A stretch of DNA of 63,870 bases, counting the filler, from Octopus bimaculoides (Eukaryota): assembly GCF_001194135.2 (NCBI RefSeq). It is 5 parts of 4 records of this genome, joined end to end, with 100 filler letters (N's around TTAATTAATTAA, not from the genome) between each part and the next. Parts side by side here need not be neighbours in the genome. Positions count along the whole stretch, not along the records: positions 1 to 12,943 come from NC_068999.1; positions 13,044 to 41,122 come from NC_068989.1; 3 more parts are not named here. The stretch is one strand, 5' to 3'. Below the pieces are notes generated by a model. The model did no database searches and was not told the origin of the DNA. It worked only from the letters and a program-made list of their open reading frames with translations. This document shows, piece by piece, positions 11,406 through 23,099 of this stretch; the first letter of the stretch is position 1, and each line of letters begins with the position of its first letter. Position numbers and translations under genes: made by a program.

Positions 11406-12550
11406 ATTTGTTCCGCCATTAAAACAACCAGTTGCTCACACAGCAACAAGGGGACTACAGCCAAAACTTTCGCTATGCTCTCTCTCTTCTTTCACCTCTT
11501 TATGGGGTTAATTATCTTCATCTTTAGTTACAGTTTCTCATTCAAACTACATAATACGCAAAATTGTCGCATTAATACAGTAGGATGTTTTGAGGGAGAT
11601 TTGGCAGCTATTTCTACCAGGTCTACTTACCATGTAGCGGTCTGAACTTAATTTTCATTCACAGATTTGCATTTCAAAAATTTAACAATCTTTTCCATAA
11701 ATCAACTATCGTAAAACTTTTCTACCATGAACTCACATTTTCTATGTATGTGTGTGAACCAGCCATGACCTCGCATTTTCTATGTATGTGTGTGTACCTT
11801 AAAAGATGTGATTAGACAGAGGTCCAATAGAATAATTCTCAGAAACAGACTATGTACAAATTCTTTCTTCACAACTCCTTGAAGCTGTTTTCTGCGAAAA
11901 TATTTTAGAAAGACTTCCGCCCCCAACCATTTTCTCCCAAATTTGTTTATTTAAAAAATTTTTTTTTGCCAAAATCCCCGTTTTTGGATATGGAGGTTCG
12001 GGAAAATTGCCAAAATCAGCATTGTGAAATTGCCCCCTCCGCACCCAACTTCTTCNNNNNNNNNNNNNNNNNNNNNNNNNNNNNNNNNNNNNNNNNNNNN
12101 NNNNNNNNNNNNNNNNNNNNNNNNNNNNNNNNNNNNNNNNNNNNNNNNNNNNNNNNNNNNNNNNNNNNNNNNNNNNNNNNNNNNNNNNNNNNNNNNNNNN
12201 NNNNNNNNNNAGGAAAAAAATTCTTTAAAAAAATTTTATAAAGATTTTGGAATTTTTTTTCAGAATTATAATCTCTGTATTTTCCCACGTATTTTGAAAA
12301 ACAAAAATTCTGAAAAAAGTCAAAAATGAAGGAAATGGGAGGGGGCAATTTAGAATTGTCAATTTTTGCCAATTTTTTTACAGGTTTGCATTCCCCGTAG
12401 CCGAAAAGGGGGGTTTCTGTTGGAAAAAAAAATTTTAAGATAGGGTGGTTTTGGGGGTGGGGAACAGGCAAAGCTGTTTTCTGACGAGTGGTGGGGGGAA
12501 GTTTTCATAGAGCTGGAGGCTCCAATCGGAACAGGGGACCCAAAATGATA

Positions 12551-12566
12551 AGGTTGAGAAACACTG
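12551..12566 (-). mobile_element. hAT (Charlie/Buster-type) terminal inverted repeat; single end visible
   Basis: Reverse complement is CAGTGTTTCTCAACCT, typical of hAT-Charlie termini. The partner end is not seen and may lie in gap 12056-12210. Confidence 0.45.
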
Positions 12567-12644
12567 TTAGAGATAAGGCCTAACTGAAAACAATCACAGC
12601 CACATCATCCAAACAGACCAGGTGAAACCAGGCTTAGCTGCTAG

Positions 12645-12943
12645 TATATATGTACATATATACATACATATACATATATATATATACACACATATATATA
12701 TATATACACACATATATATATATATATACATACATATATATGGGAGAATATACAAAAAATAACAACAGACGAGGACAGGTGGTGTAAATAACAAAAGTAT
12801 ATATTACATACATATATATATACATATATACATACATATATATTTACATACACACATAGATATATATACATCATATATATATATACACATATATATATAC
12901 ATATACATATATATATATACACATATATATATACATATACATA
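12645..12943. repeat. (TA)n/(TACA)n compound microsatellite at scaffold end
   Basis: Direct inspection. Confidence 0.95.
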
Positions 12944-13043
12944 NNNNNNNNNNNNNNNNNNNNNNNNNNNNNNNNNNNNNNNNNNNNTTAATTAATTAAN
13001 NNNNNNNNNNNNNNNNNNNNNNNNNNNNNNNNNNNNNNNNNNN
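12944..13043. other. Synthetic scaffold linker N44-TTAATTAATTAA-N44
   Basis: Exactly 100 bp with a central 12-mer carrying stops in all six frames. Identical at 41123, 52304 and 60727. Confidence 0.95.
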
Positions 13044-13469
13044 TAGGTAGGTAGGTAGATAGATAGATAGATAGATAGATAGATGCACATGTTGGATCAC
13101 CTTAGTAACATTGGTTGTCACCTTTAGGTTGTCTTGTACTTACCATGGGTTGACAGAAATTGAACAGGTGGGGGAGGGATAAGTGTGAGTTGCACAGCCT
13201 GTCAAGTGATAATTCTCTGCATCAAAAAGGCATCACCAATTACTTCATGAAATGGAAACACAAAACTTGAGTAGCAACTCACTTAGATTTGGCTTGAATA
13301 AATCTTAATGAATCTACTTCACTGTATTGATTTACTTTTCATGTCTCATATGCTCATACCAATACCATCTCCTCTCTTTTACATTATAGCTAATTCCTCT
13401 TACACCCAATTTTTCTCTAAGTTTATTTGTGCCCCATTATTCATTCACATCAACTTTAAATATCATCAG

Positions 13470-13700
13470 AGTAAGCAGGTAATATTTCTTCCCAGCCATC
13501 ACATATTCTCTACATTTAACATCCATGTCTCACTACCATGCAATAGTGCTCTTCATACTCAACCATCATAGAATTTGTCCTTCACTCAAAGAAAGACTCT
13601 GTTTATTACAAGTGGAGATAATAGTTCTCTAAGCTTTTTTTCCACCCTATTCTTACACTAAATACTATTCTTTCAGAATACCCACCATTACTGTGGATAA
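13470..13700 (-). mobile_element. Decayed fragment of the PHD-insert RTE LINE (ETW region)
   Basis: CCATGTCTCACTACCATGCAATAG (minus strand: LLHGSETW) is homologous to 6010-6100. Confidence 0.6.
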
Positions 13701-14179
13701 GAATACCTGAGTTGCTGTAGCAGTCAGGGAGCCCTCTGGCTACTTGAAGGAATGAATTTCATTGGTACTCTTGCTGTTGGCTACTATTGTGCTTCAACTA
13801 AATTCTTTGTTAGCCTATCTGTGGTCCTACTGCACCTCTCATGCACTCATGCTTTATATTGAGTATATCATGTGGAATTCCTACATACTCTTTTTCTGCC
13901 TGTCAGGCATGGCCACATCCTAGATTACAATCAAGTCTGGTCTTTTTTCCTGCTAACTGAAACGTTCATCTTTATCTTAGGCTTTGTACAAATATGCAAA
14001 CAAATTGTGTGCGTGCATGCATGTATATTTTGTTTTGTGCTCTTGCAACATCCTTATACTATGTGTATTGATATGCACATACACACATGTACACACATAT
14101 ATACATTTGTGTGTGTGTGTATGTATATCATATATATATATATGTATGTATACAAATTTTTTTCTTTTTCTATTTTCAG

Positions 14180-14402
14180 GAATATGATTATGTTTTTAGT
14201 GTGGACATAGACCCAAATATCCCAGCTTTGAAATTACCATACAACCTAGATGAGAATCCATGGTCAGTGGCAAATGACTTCTTACAGGCCAATGACTTGA
14301 GTCCAATGTTCTTAGACCAAGTAGCTAAGTTTATTATCGATAACTCTAAAGCAGCCCAGCCACATGTTGTTTCAACACAACCTTACAGTGATCCTTTGAC
14401 TG
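14180..14402 (+). CDS. PLAA: PLAA/Doa1 exon, PFU (ubiquitin-binding) domain
   Basis: TTTTCAG| ... |GTGAAT; 223 nt, phase 0 to phase 1. Reads EYDYVFSVDIDPNIPALKLPYNLDENPWSVANDFLQANDLSPMFLDQVAKFIIDN...SDPLT, an unmistakable PFU domain. Confidence 0.95.
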
Positions 14403-15776
14403 GTGAATATAATTTTAATCTAGTTTCATTGACATACATACAAACACACGAATGCAATCTTGATTTAAAGCAAAAAAAAAGACACAATGTGGGAATCACA
14501 GAATCGGTGAGCATCAGACAAAATACCTTATATATGGTTATGTTCTGGGTTCAAATGCTATCTAGTCTACTTTGGCTATTATCTTTCCAGGTCAGTAAAA
14601 TGTAATCCATAGTTAATATAATCAACTATACCCCTAGAAGCTTGTACACCCAGTATAGCTCCTGTTCAGAGACTGAAACCAATAAACAAATATAAATATT
14701 GACATTACTGTCTTTCTTGTCTGACATGTTCAGTGGCAGTGCAAAATGGTATCCCATAATGAAATTACAAAAAGGCTAAAGTTTAGAAACTTCACTACAG
14801 AGTAGATGGTCACAAGCCCACATTTTCCTGAAGCCATATTGAGTTCCAGATCAAAGTACACCATTCTGTTTGTTCCAGTTCATCTAACTGACAAAAAACA
14901 GGTTTCATATGTACTGATGACTAGCTGTGGAAAAAAAGAATTGTTCCAACAGCAATACCTTCATGAATGCATAAAAAATTTCATATAAAATAATGATGTA
15001 TAAATATGTGCGTACACACTCACACACACACAGATATGGGTGCAGGCATGGCTGTATGATTAAGAAATTTGCCTCTCATCCCAGCAGTTTCTAGTTCAGG
15101 CTCACTACATAGCATTTTGGGCTTGTATATCTGCATACACATACACACATGCAAACAAACACTGTCCATTGCTTATAAAGATTCTCTTGAAAGGAAAATA
15201 ATATTGGGGAGGGGGTATATTGGAGTTTATGGTAGTAACTAAAGAGCTTAAAACAATTAAAACTATATTGTTTTCTGTTATGATTTGGTGGGGTGGGGGT
15301 TACATATGTCTATATTGTTAGCTTAGAACTTTGTTTTAAATAATTAACCAAAGCCTATTTGTCTTTCAATAAGCAACCAGTAACTTTAGGTTAAAACTAT
15401 AAAACTAACATTTGTCTTTGGATCAAATATGTTATCAATTCATGCTGTTTTTACAATTTACATCACCTTTGTTGTTGTGTTAAATAAATTAACAGTAGTA
15501 AACACTGAGTTTGAGGTAAAGATATAAGAATAACCTCTATTGTTGAATCCTGGCTGTCATTGAGTGATGATGCTTTTATAAAATATCAGCTCTGCTTTCA
15601 TCATCATTGGCAGATTCTCTACAGCTGGATGCCATTCCTGTTTCCAAGTAAGCTAATATTTTCCTATGGCTGAACATGTTTCCTTAGAAGATTGGAAACA
15701 AATAACACCACTGCTTGTATGATGATGATGCTCTTTTACAACTATATCATGATGCCAAGGCAAGGAGACGTACACA

Positions 15777-15935
15777 TATCGTCGTCGTTTAGCGTCCGCT
15801 TTCCATGCTAGCATGGGTTGGACGATTTGACTGAGGACTGGTGAACCAGGTGGCTACACCAGGCTCCAATCTGATTTGGCAGAGTTTCTACAGCTGGATG
15901 CCCTTCCTAACGCCAACCACTCCGAGAGTGTAGTA
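15777..15935 (-). mobile_element. Young copy of the LINE 3' tail repeat, next to an older copy (15600-15770)
   Basis: Near-identical to the reverse complement of 25-175. Confidence 0.85.
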
Positions 15936-16327
15936 TATATACATTTATATACATTTATATACATGTTCATGGACTTCTTTCAGTTTCCATTTACCAAATA
16001 CACTCACAAGGCTTTGGTTGATCCAGGGCTATAGTAGAAAACACTTGCCTAAAATGCCTGTAAGTGGACTGAACCTGAAGCTATGTAGTTAAGCAAACAT
16101 CTTTGACATGCAGCTGTACTTAATTAAAATAAAATTGTTGCTGACATTTCCAAATGTCTCTGTATTTGTTTTATCTCAGTCTGTTTAATTTTACAATAAA
16201 CAAGCTAAATTACTCCAACTGCTCTTCTAGATTAAGATAATTTTTTATAATTCTTTTTTGCTATATCTTCCAATATTGTCTAAAATATTCCTCTCATTTC
16301 TTTCTTTGCTTTGTATTTTTTTAACAG

Positions 16328-16375
16328 GAAGTTCTCGTTATATACCACCAGATTTAATTACTGGAAATGAAACTC
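16328..16375 (+). CDS. PLAA: PLAA exon (48 nt), linker
   Basis: TTAACAG| ... |GTAAGT. Reads (G)SSRYIPPDLITGNET and completes a DPLTG-SSRY motif equivalent to DPFTG.GRY. Confidence 0.85.
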
Positions 16376-17652
16376 GTAAGTAATTTTTTACTGAATTTTT
16401 CATAATGCTATTTGCAGTTTGTGTGTTAGATTTCAACCACAGAAAACTTCAACATCTCTAAGCAATCACATCCTCTATTAACAGACAACCTGAAAAACAC
16501 CCATCAATGTTGACACTACAAGTGAGAGTCTCTATCTCTAGTCTTTCCCTTATATTCATCTTGTACTCTGTGGATGCACCCTCACTATCTCTCTCTTTCC
16601 AGGTGGGGGAGAGCCACATATCTCCACTTCAGCAAGAAACCTCTGTATCTTCCTCTATCATACTTTTACCTTCCTCAATACCATTCTGCCACTCAGTTGA
16701 GGGGGTTTGTTTGGCAAGTCATTTGGTGACCTCACTAGTGGCAATGCCATGAAAAGAGCACCCAGTACACACAATAAAGTGGTTGATATTAGGAAAGCAT
16801 CCAGCCATAGAAACCATTCCAGATCAGGCATTGACACTTGACATAGTCCTCTGACTTGTCAGTTCTTCTCAAACCATCCAACCCATGCCAACAATGGACA
16901 TTAAACAATGATAATGATATATGGTTTTGGGAGATGTAAAGAAATTGCCATAACCTTACACTCCACTTGAGTACCATTTACTTTGGATGCAGCTTTTTTA
17001 TTCCTTTGTCTGTTGAGGAAGCAAAGGAATAAAACTAGAGGTTATTACTTAATCCCAGGCAGATCTATGATAAAAGCCATTTCAGTGACCATGCAGTCAT
17101 TTTTCAGGTATGATGTATTTAGGATTACATTAGGCATTATTCAATTGAATAAAGAAAAGAGGTTACAAGATTATATAATGTGAAATGGTGTATGCTCAAA
17201 AATATGATGCCATCAGCTATCAAACTGAGCTTCTATTTAGTCAACACTGAAGATCTGTTGGAGATCAACACAGTATTGGTGCTACATCTGTTGCTCAATG
17301 TTGACTATGTGTCATTATATACATGTGCAGGTCAGGGTAAGATTATTGTGAGAAAGACTTGCAACTACCCATGCATACAAGTCTCTCCTCTACATAACAA
17401 TGAAACTTATTCAAGGTAAAGACAGCCAACGTGGACCAATACAGTTTGGCACAAGTTTAATTGCAGGTGTTACTGTTCGAATGCAAAGAGCTGCAACTGA
17501 TCCCACAAGTCATCTCACTTGACCCTCTAAAACAGTCCCACCAATCCACCAACCTGGATTGGTATTTTTTTTATCAACCTCAATAGAATGAAAAGCTAAG
17601 TGGATCTCATTATGATTTTGAACTCAGTGTAAAGAGAGTCAGAATAAATACT

Positions 17653-18087
17653 TTTTTACTCTAGACACAAGGCCCAAAATATTTTGGTAAGGAGACCAGT
17701 CGATTAGATTGACCCCAGTACACAACTGATACTTCATTTATCGACCCCGAAAGGATGAAAGGCAAAGTCGACCTTGGCAGAATTTGAACTCAGAATGTAG
17801 CAACGGACAAAATACCGCTAAGCATTTCGCCCATTGTGCTAACGTTTCTGCCAGCTCGCCACTTTAATATTCTTTTCTACTCTAGGCACAAGGGCTGAAA
17901 TTTTGTTGGGGAGGGGGCCAGTCGATTAGATCAACCCCAGTTTGCAACTGGTATTTAATTTATTGTCCCCAAAAGGATGAAAGGCAAAGTTGATCTTGGC
18001 AAAATTTGAACTCACAACGTAAAGACAAACGAAATACCGCTAAGCATTTCGCCCAGCGTGCTAACATTTCTGCCAGCTCGCCACCTT
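17653..18087 (-). mobile_element. Head-to-tail dimer of a tRNA-derived SINE (family 2) flanked by a 16-bp TSD
   Basis: Two ~215-bp units (CTAGGCACAAGG...GACCCCGAAAGGATGAAAGGCAAAG...GCCAGCTCGCCAC). AGTCAGAATAAATACT occurs at 17637-17652 and 18088-18103. Confidence 0.85.
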
Positions 18088-18582
18088 AGTCAGAATAAAT
18101 ACTATACAAGACATTCTCTCAAACACCCTAAAGACCCTGCCAAGTAACTCTCTTAATGGAAATACTCCATTAGGTTCTGGGATTTAACATATGTCAGTCA
18201 AAAGATAGTAAGACATTCTTTTTGTTAATTGTTGTCGCAACTCTTTTATTCCATTGTAGTCTCTTCCTTTATTCACAATGTTACTGGATCTCTCTCTCTC
18301 TCACACACACACACATACATTAAATTCAATAGTTTGGGTGCTGCCTCTCTTTCTTTATATGAATATAAGAAAACTTAAATCATCTGACATGAAGTTGTTG
18401 AATATGATATATATATGTAGCTAGTATTATTTGAGGCAAGATCTACTGTTGATCAACTTGCCTTTCTGAAATCCATAAAATATTTACCATTAAGTCATCA
18501 TCTTCATCATTTAATGTCAGTTTTCCATTCTGGCATGGGTTGGAATATCCTTGTTATTAAATATTGGTATTATTTTAGTTGG

Positions 18583-20020
18583 TCAGGTTGTCTATGAGGG
18601 AGTCATACCCAACAATTGGTCAGCAACATTATAGTCAACTGCTACAAATGCAGAAATAATTATAGAGGCATCAAATTGTTAGACCAGGTGATGGAAGTCA
18701 CAGAAAGGGTCATAGTTCAATTAATTAGGAAGAGAATTAGTGTAGATGATATGCAGTTCGAATTTGTGCCAAATGATGCTATATTCCTGGTGAGGCAACT
18801 ACAGGAGAAATATTTAGCCAAAAATAAATCTCTGTACTTGGCTTTTGTCAACATGGAGAAAGCTTTTGACAGTGTCCCCCACTCCCTTATCTAGTGGTCA
18901 ATGTGGAAGCTAGGGATAGAGGAGTGGTCAGTAAGAGCGGTACAAGCTATGTTCATGGATGCTGCCAGTAAAGTGAAGGTTGGCAGTGAGTATAGCAAGG
19001 AATTCAGTATACAAGTAGGAGTCCACCAAGGTTCAGTTCTCAGCCCCCTCCTGTTTATCTTAATCCTCCAGGCCTTACAGAGGAATGCAGGACCGGCTGT
19101 CCCTAGGAGCTCAACACTGACGACCTTGTTCTTATAGCTGAATCACTACCTTACCTAGAGAAGAAATTTCAGGTGTAAAAACAAGGTCTGGAATCTAAGA
19201 GCCTTAGAGTTATATTAGCAAAAACCAAAATCCTAGTAAGTAGGAAAACAGACAAATCACAAGTCCCATCTGAGAGATGGCCCTTCTCAATATGTAAGAA
19301 AGTTGTTGGTAGAAACTCCATACTTTGTACCTAGTGCAAGCTTTGGACACATAAGAGGTGCAATAGTATCAAAGGAAGGCTAATGAATATAGTCTTTGTG
19401 TGTGGCAATAAGCACTAAAATTACACAGACAATAGGCTTGGGTAGATATTTAGAAATAGTAGATAGCTTCTGTTACCTACAAGACCAAGTAAGCAGTAGA
19501 GGAGTTCTGAAAGTGTAGTAGCTAGGATAAGAACAGGCTGGGCAAAGTTCAAGAGTTTCTACCTTTGTTGGTAACTAAGGGCCTCTCCCTCAGAGTAAAA
19601 GGCAGATTGTATGATGCCTGTGTACATACAGCTATGTTACATGACAGTGAAACATGGGCTTTGACTACAGAGGACTTGCAAAGGCTTGAAATAAATGAAG
19701 CTAGCATACTCCACTGGTTGGGTAATGTCTGTGCATGCATGACAGAGTGTAAATGATTTAAGAGGAAAACTGGGTATTAAGAAGCATCAGCTGTTGGGTG
19801 CAAGGGAGAAGACTGCGCTGGTTTGTGTCATATGGATGAAGACAGTTGCATAAAGAAGTGCCAAGCTCTAATTGTGAAGGGTACCTGTGGAAGGGGTAGA
19901 CCCAGGAAGATGTGGGAGGAAGCAGTGAGAAAGGATCTTCGGATGCTGGGCCTCACTGAGAAATTGACAAGGGACCAGGAGATGTGGCAATTTACTGTTA
20001 AGACCTGTAAAGCTAAGTAA
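18583..20020 (+). mobile_element. RTE-type LINE (PHD-insert family), 5'-truncated and decayed
   Basis: Reads NNYRGIKLLDQVMEVTERVI, GVHQGSVLSPLLFILILQAL, the Cys-rich insert at ~19270-19420, KGRLYDACVHTAMLHDSETW and GRGRPRKMWEE. Confidence 0.9.
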
Positions 20021-21799
20021 AGTCACTATCTTCCATACATACAGGCTTGTCCCTTCAGGTGCTGGTGTTCTCTTAGAAATAAAATGTCTTGTGTCTGATT
20101 AAATCATTGATTGGTCAGAAATGGGTACCAAGATGTAATAGTTAATTCTTAACAAACTGATTTCCTATCCTGCACTTCACATAGGCTACACAGATTCACT
20201 TGAGGAAGACAAAAACATCATAACTTCTTTTTAGACCTGGAGTGATATAGGTGTTGAAAAGTGATTATTTGATTAATTTCTTTGTTATTTGGTAGATCAG
20301 TGGAGGCTTGTATTAAGTAATTAAAATCTTCTCAGCTCAAGTCTTGCTAAACCAGATAATACTGTTCATTCTTTCCTTGATTGATAAACTAAATACCAGT
20401 AAAATATTAGTCATTGCAATCAACTGTTCTCTCAACTATTAACATTTATTAAGTAAAAAAGGTGCAGGCATTGATATGTACTTAACAAGTTCACTTCACA
20501 TTCATGTGGCCAGGAGTTTGGTTGCACTATATAACACTTTGGATAAGTATTTGTCACAATAGCCCAAACCAACCAGGAAATTTGGTAAATAGAAATTTCA
20601 GGGAGCCTATTGAGTGTGTGTATATGTGTCAATGTTTATATATTCCACACTCGTCCATTCATAACCCCCTTCAGCAAATAATGCTGATATTGACATTCCT
20701 TGTTGCCGTTATAACTGGCCACTCCTGCACTTCCAAAGTCCTTTGCGATTGAGATTCTTCTCACTTGAGAAACAGGTAAGAGTTGGTAAGAGGAAGAGCA
20801 TCCAGCCATATAATCCTACCTCAAATAAATCTCTGTTTAAATCAATGTTAGTATTATGAAATGGACATTAAAAAGACACAGTATATAGCATATTTGATGC
20901 CTTCAATTTTCTGAGCTGAATTATTGTGATACAACTAAAAGTTTCCATCAAACACTAACCTCATGTTTCATGTTTTTTTGTGTAAAAGAAATGCAATTGC
21001 TATAAGCCAGGGCTCAAACCATATTGTGAACTCATCTGTCTGGGAGCTTACATCCAAAGATTCTTACCTATAATGTCTGTAGCAAGTTATAATAAACATT
21101 TATCAGTGGTAATATGACGTAATGGTCATGTTGGACAAATAGGTATAATTGTTAGTTTCCCATTGGTTAAAATTACTGCCCAGATTTGAATTCTAACTTT
21201 CATCAAAGAGAAATCTTTCACAAAATACAGTTCTTAGAATTCAGGTGTGAGCAGTTATAAAAACCTTGATTTTTGGGAAATTAATCAGTCATTGTTGGTT
21301 GTCACTCGTTTCCACGACACTCACTCTCTTAAAATATTGGCTATTGCTATGCCATGTCTTTTATTGTTGTTTAAAACTCTTGTAGCTTAGTTATGGAAGA
21401 ATTAGTTAATATAAATTTTGTCATAACTCTCTACAACAGTCTTCTTTTGACTTATAAAAATGTACTGTAAATATTAAATGTATGTAAATAAACTAATTTA
21501 GTAAATATTTTCTTTTTCTTAATTTTCTCCATTCTGTTGATAAAATTTGTTTCTGTAACTATGAAACTGTTATTATAGCAGTGAAAAAGAGTGAGCTTTA
21601 TTATCTTCAATGTATATGCACGTTCAGCGTTTTGTGGTATGTATAATTCACCACAGCGTTTACGCAGCCTGTGTTAAGATTTATGTATGGTGATAAATAC
21701 TTATAATTAAGTTATAAGTGATGGATTTATCACCATAGATTTCTACTCAAAAAATAATTATATTTTTTATCTCTTCCAAGTCAAAACCGTAATAAACTG

Positions 21800-22080
21800 G
21801 GGCCAACCAAAGCCTTGTGATTGGTAGACAGAAACTGAAAGAAACCCATCATGTGTGTGTATCTTTGTGTTTGTGTTTGTCCCTCCATCACTGCTTGACA
21901 ACCAATGTTAGTGTGTTTACATCCCCATAACTTAGCAATTCAGTAAAGAGACTGATAGAATAAGTACTAGGCTTTAAAAAAAGATGTCCTAGTGTCAGTT
22001 TGTTTGACTAAAAAAAACCTTCAAGGTGGTGCTCCAGCATGGCTACAGTCAAATGACGGAAACAAGTAAGAGTACAAGAA
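21800..22080 (+). mobile_element. SINE family 1, 3' two-thirds
   Basis: Homologous to 9990-10280. Confidence 0.75.
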
Positions 22081-22554
22081 TATTGTTTCTTGCTATATTC
22101 TTCAGAAATTTCTAGTAGTCAACAGTTATGCAACAGAAACAAGTTATCTGCAACTATCATGGCTATTGCAATAAATTATAAAGGCATTGAATAGATCTTC
22201 TTAGTGAACCAAGTCTTCAACTTCATTGCAGTTTCACTTTACTTACATCCCTGATGCTCTTTGGAATGGCATAATTGTCACAGCTATCTTTCTTTTAAAA
22301 TCAGAATTTACCAGCCACCCATTTAATAGATACTTAAAGGTGATGGTATTGACTTAATACATTATACTTGTGGGAGATCAGTAAAATATTTCATGTATTG
22401 GTTTTAATTCTTTTCTTCAATGTAGAAACGTTTAATGTTTCCTAAATACATTTTATTTAATTTTGTATCTATTTATTATGATTTTCTCAAATTTCTTAAA
22501 GACTCTGTTCATTATCAAAGATCTCATTATCCCTATTCCACTTCTATTTAACAG

Positions 22555-22632
22555 AATACACTCCAGCCAACTCCTTTTTTCCCAGGTATGCTTTCCTTAC
22601 AGTTGATGCAGCCAATGAGAAACAAATACTTG
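22555..22632 (+). CDS. PLAA: PLAA exon (78 nt), start of PUL domain
   Basis: TTTAACAG| ... |GTAAGT. Reads (Q)YTPANSFFPRYAFLTVDAANEKQIL, matching the YFP...FD.AN..QIL consensus. Confidence 0.88.
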
Positions 22633-22860
22633 GTAAGTTTATTTCTTAGTCTCTTTAGCTATTTTTCTTTCCAAATGTTTGTCCATCCAATAATTTTATT
22701 GGTTTCCCAATTCAGTTTGCTATATTATTATGACAACAGGATGAGCCACTGCTGAATGGGTAAACAAGGTGTCAGACTACAAGCTAAGGAGAGAAGGATG
22801 GAATTTTGTATCCTATCACTCTTGAGTAGAAATGCATTAGCTTTCAAATGGCTAAATCCC

Positions 22861-22898
<38 letters not shown>

Positions 22899-23099
22899 AA
22901 CAGACAGACAGACAAGTACCCACTTGAAAGCTGGTGCTGTTGTAGTAGTACACTGCTGAAGCATTTTTGCAAAACTTTTGTTTTGTTTTAGAAGGCTCTT
23001 CCAAGATCTTTGCCATTTTATAAAGCTAAATAAGAAAAGAAAATGTATCTGTTCACAAGAAATAAACATAAATAACCAACATTCTATTCAACACGTAAA

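Noticed and set aside
12988-12999. Recurrent TTAATTAATTAA as a biological motif
   Set aside because: Always centred in exactly 44+44 Ns, so it is a synthetic spacer.
14403-14605. C-terminal extension of ORF 14087-14605 as a PLAA isoform
   Set aside because: Read-through past a good GT donor into intron and decayed SINE sequence; no homology recognised.
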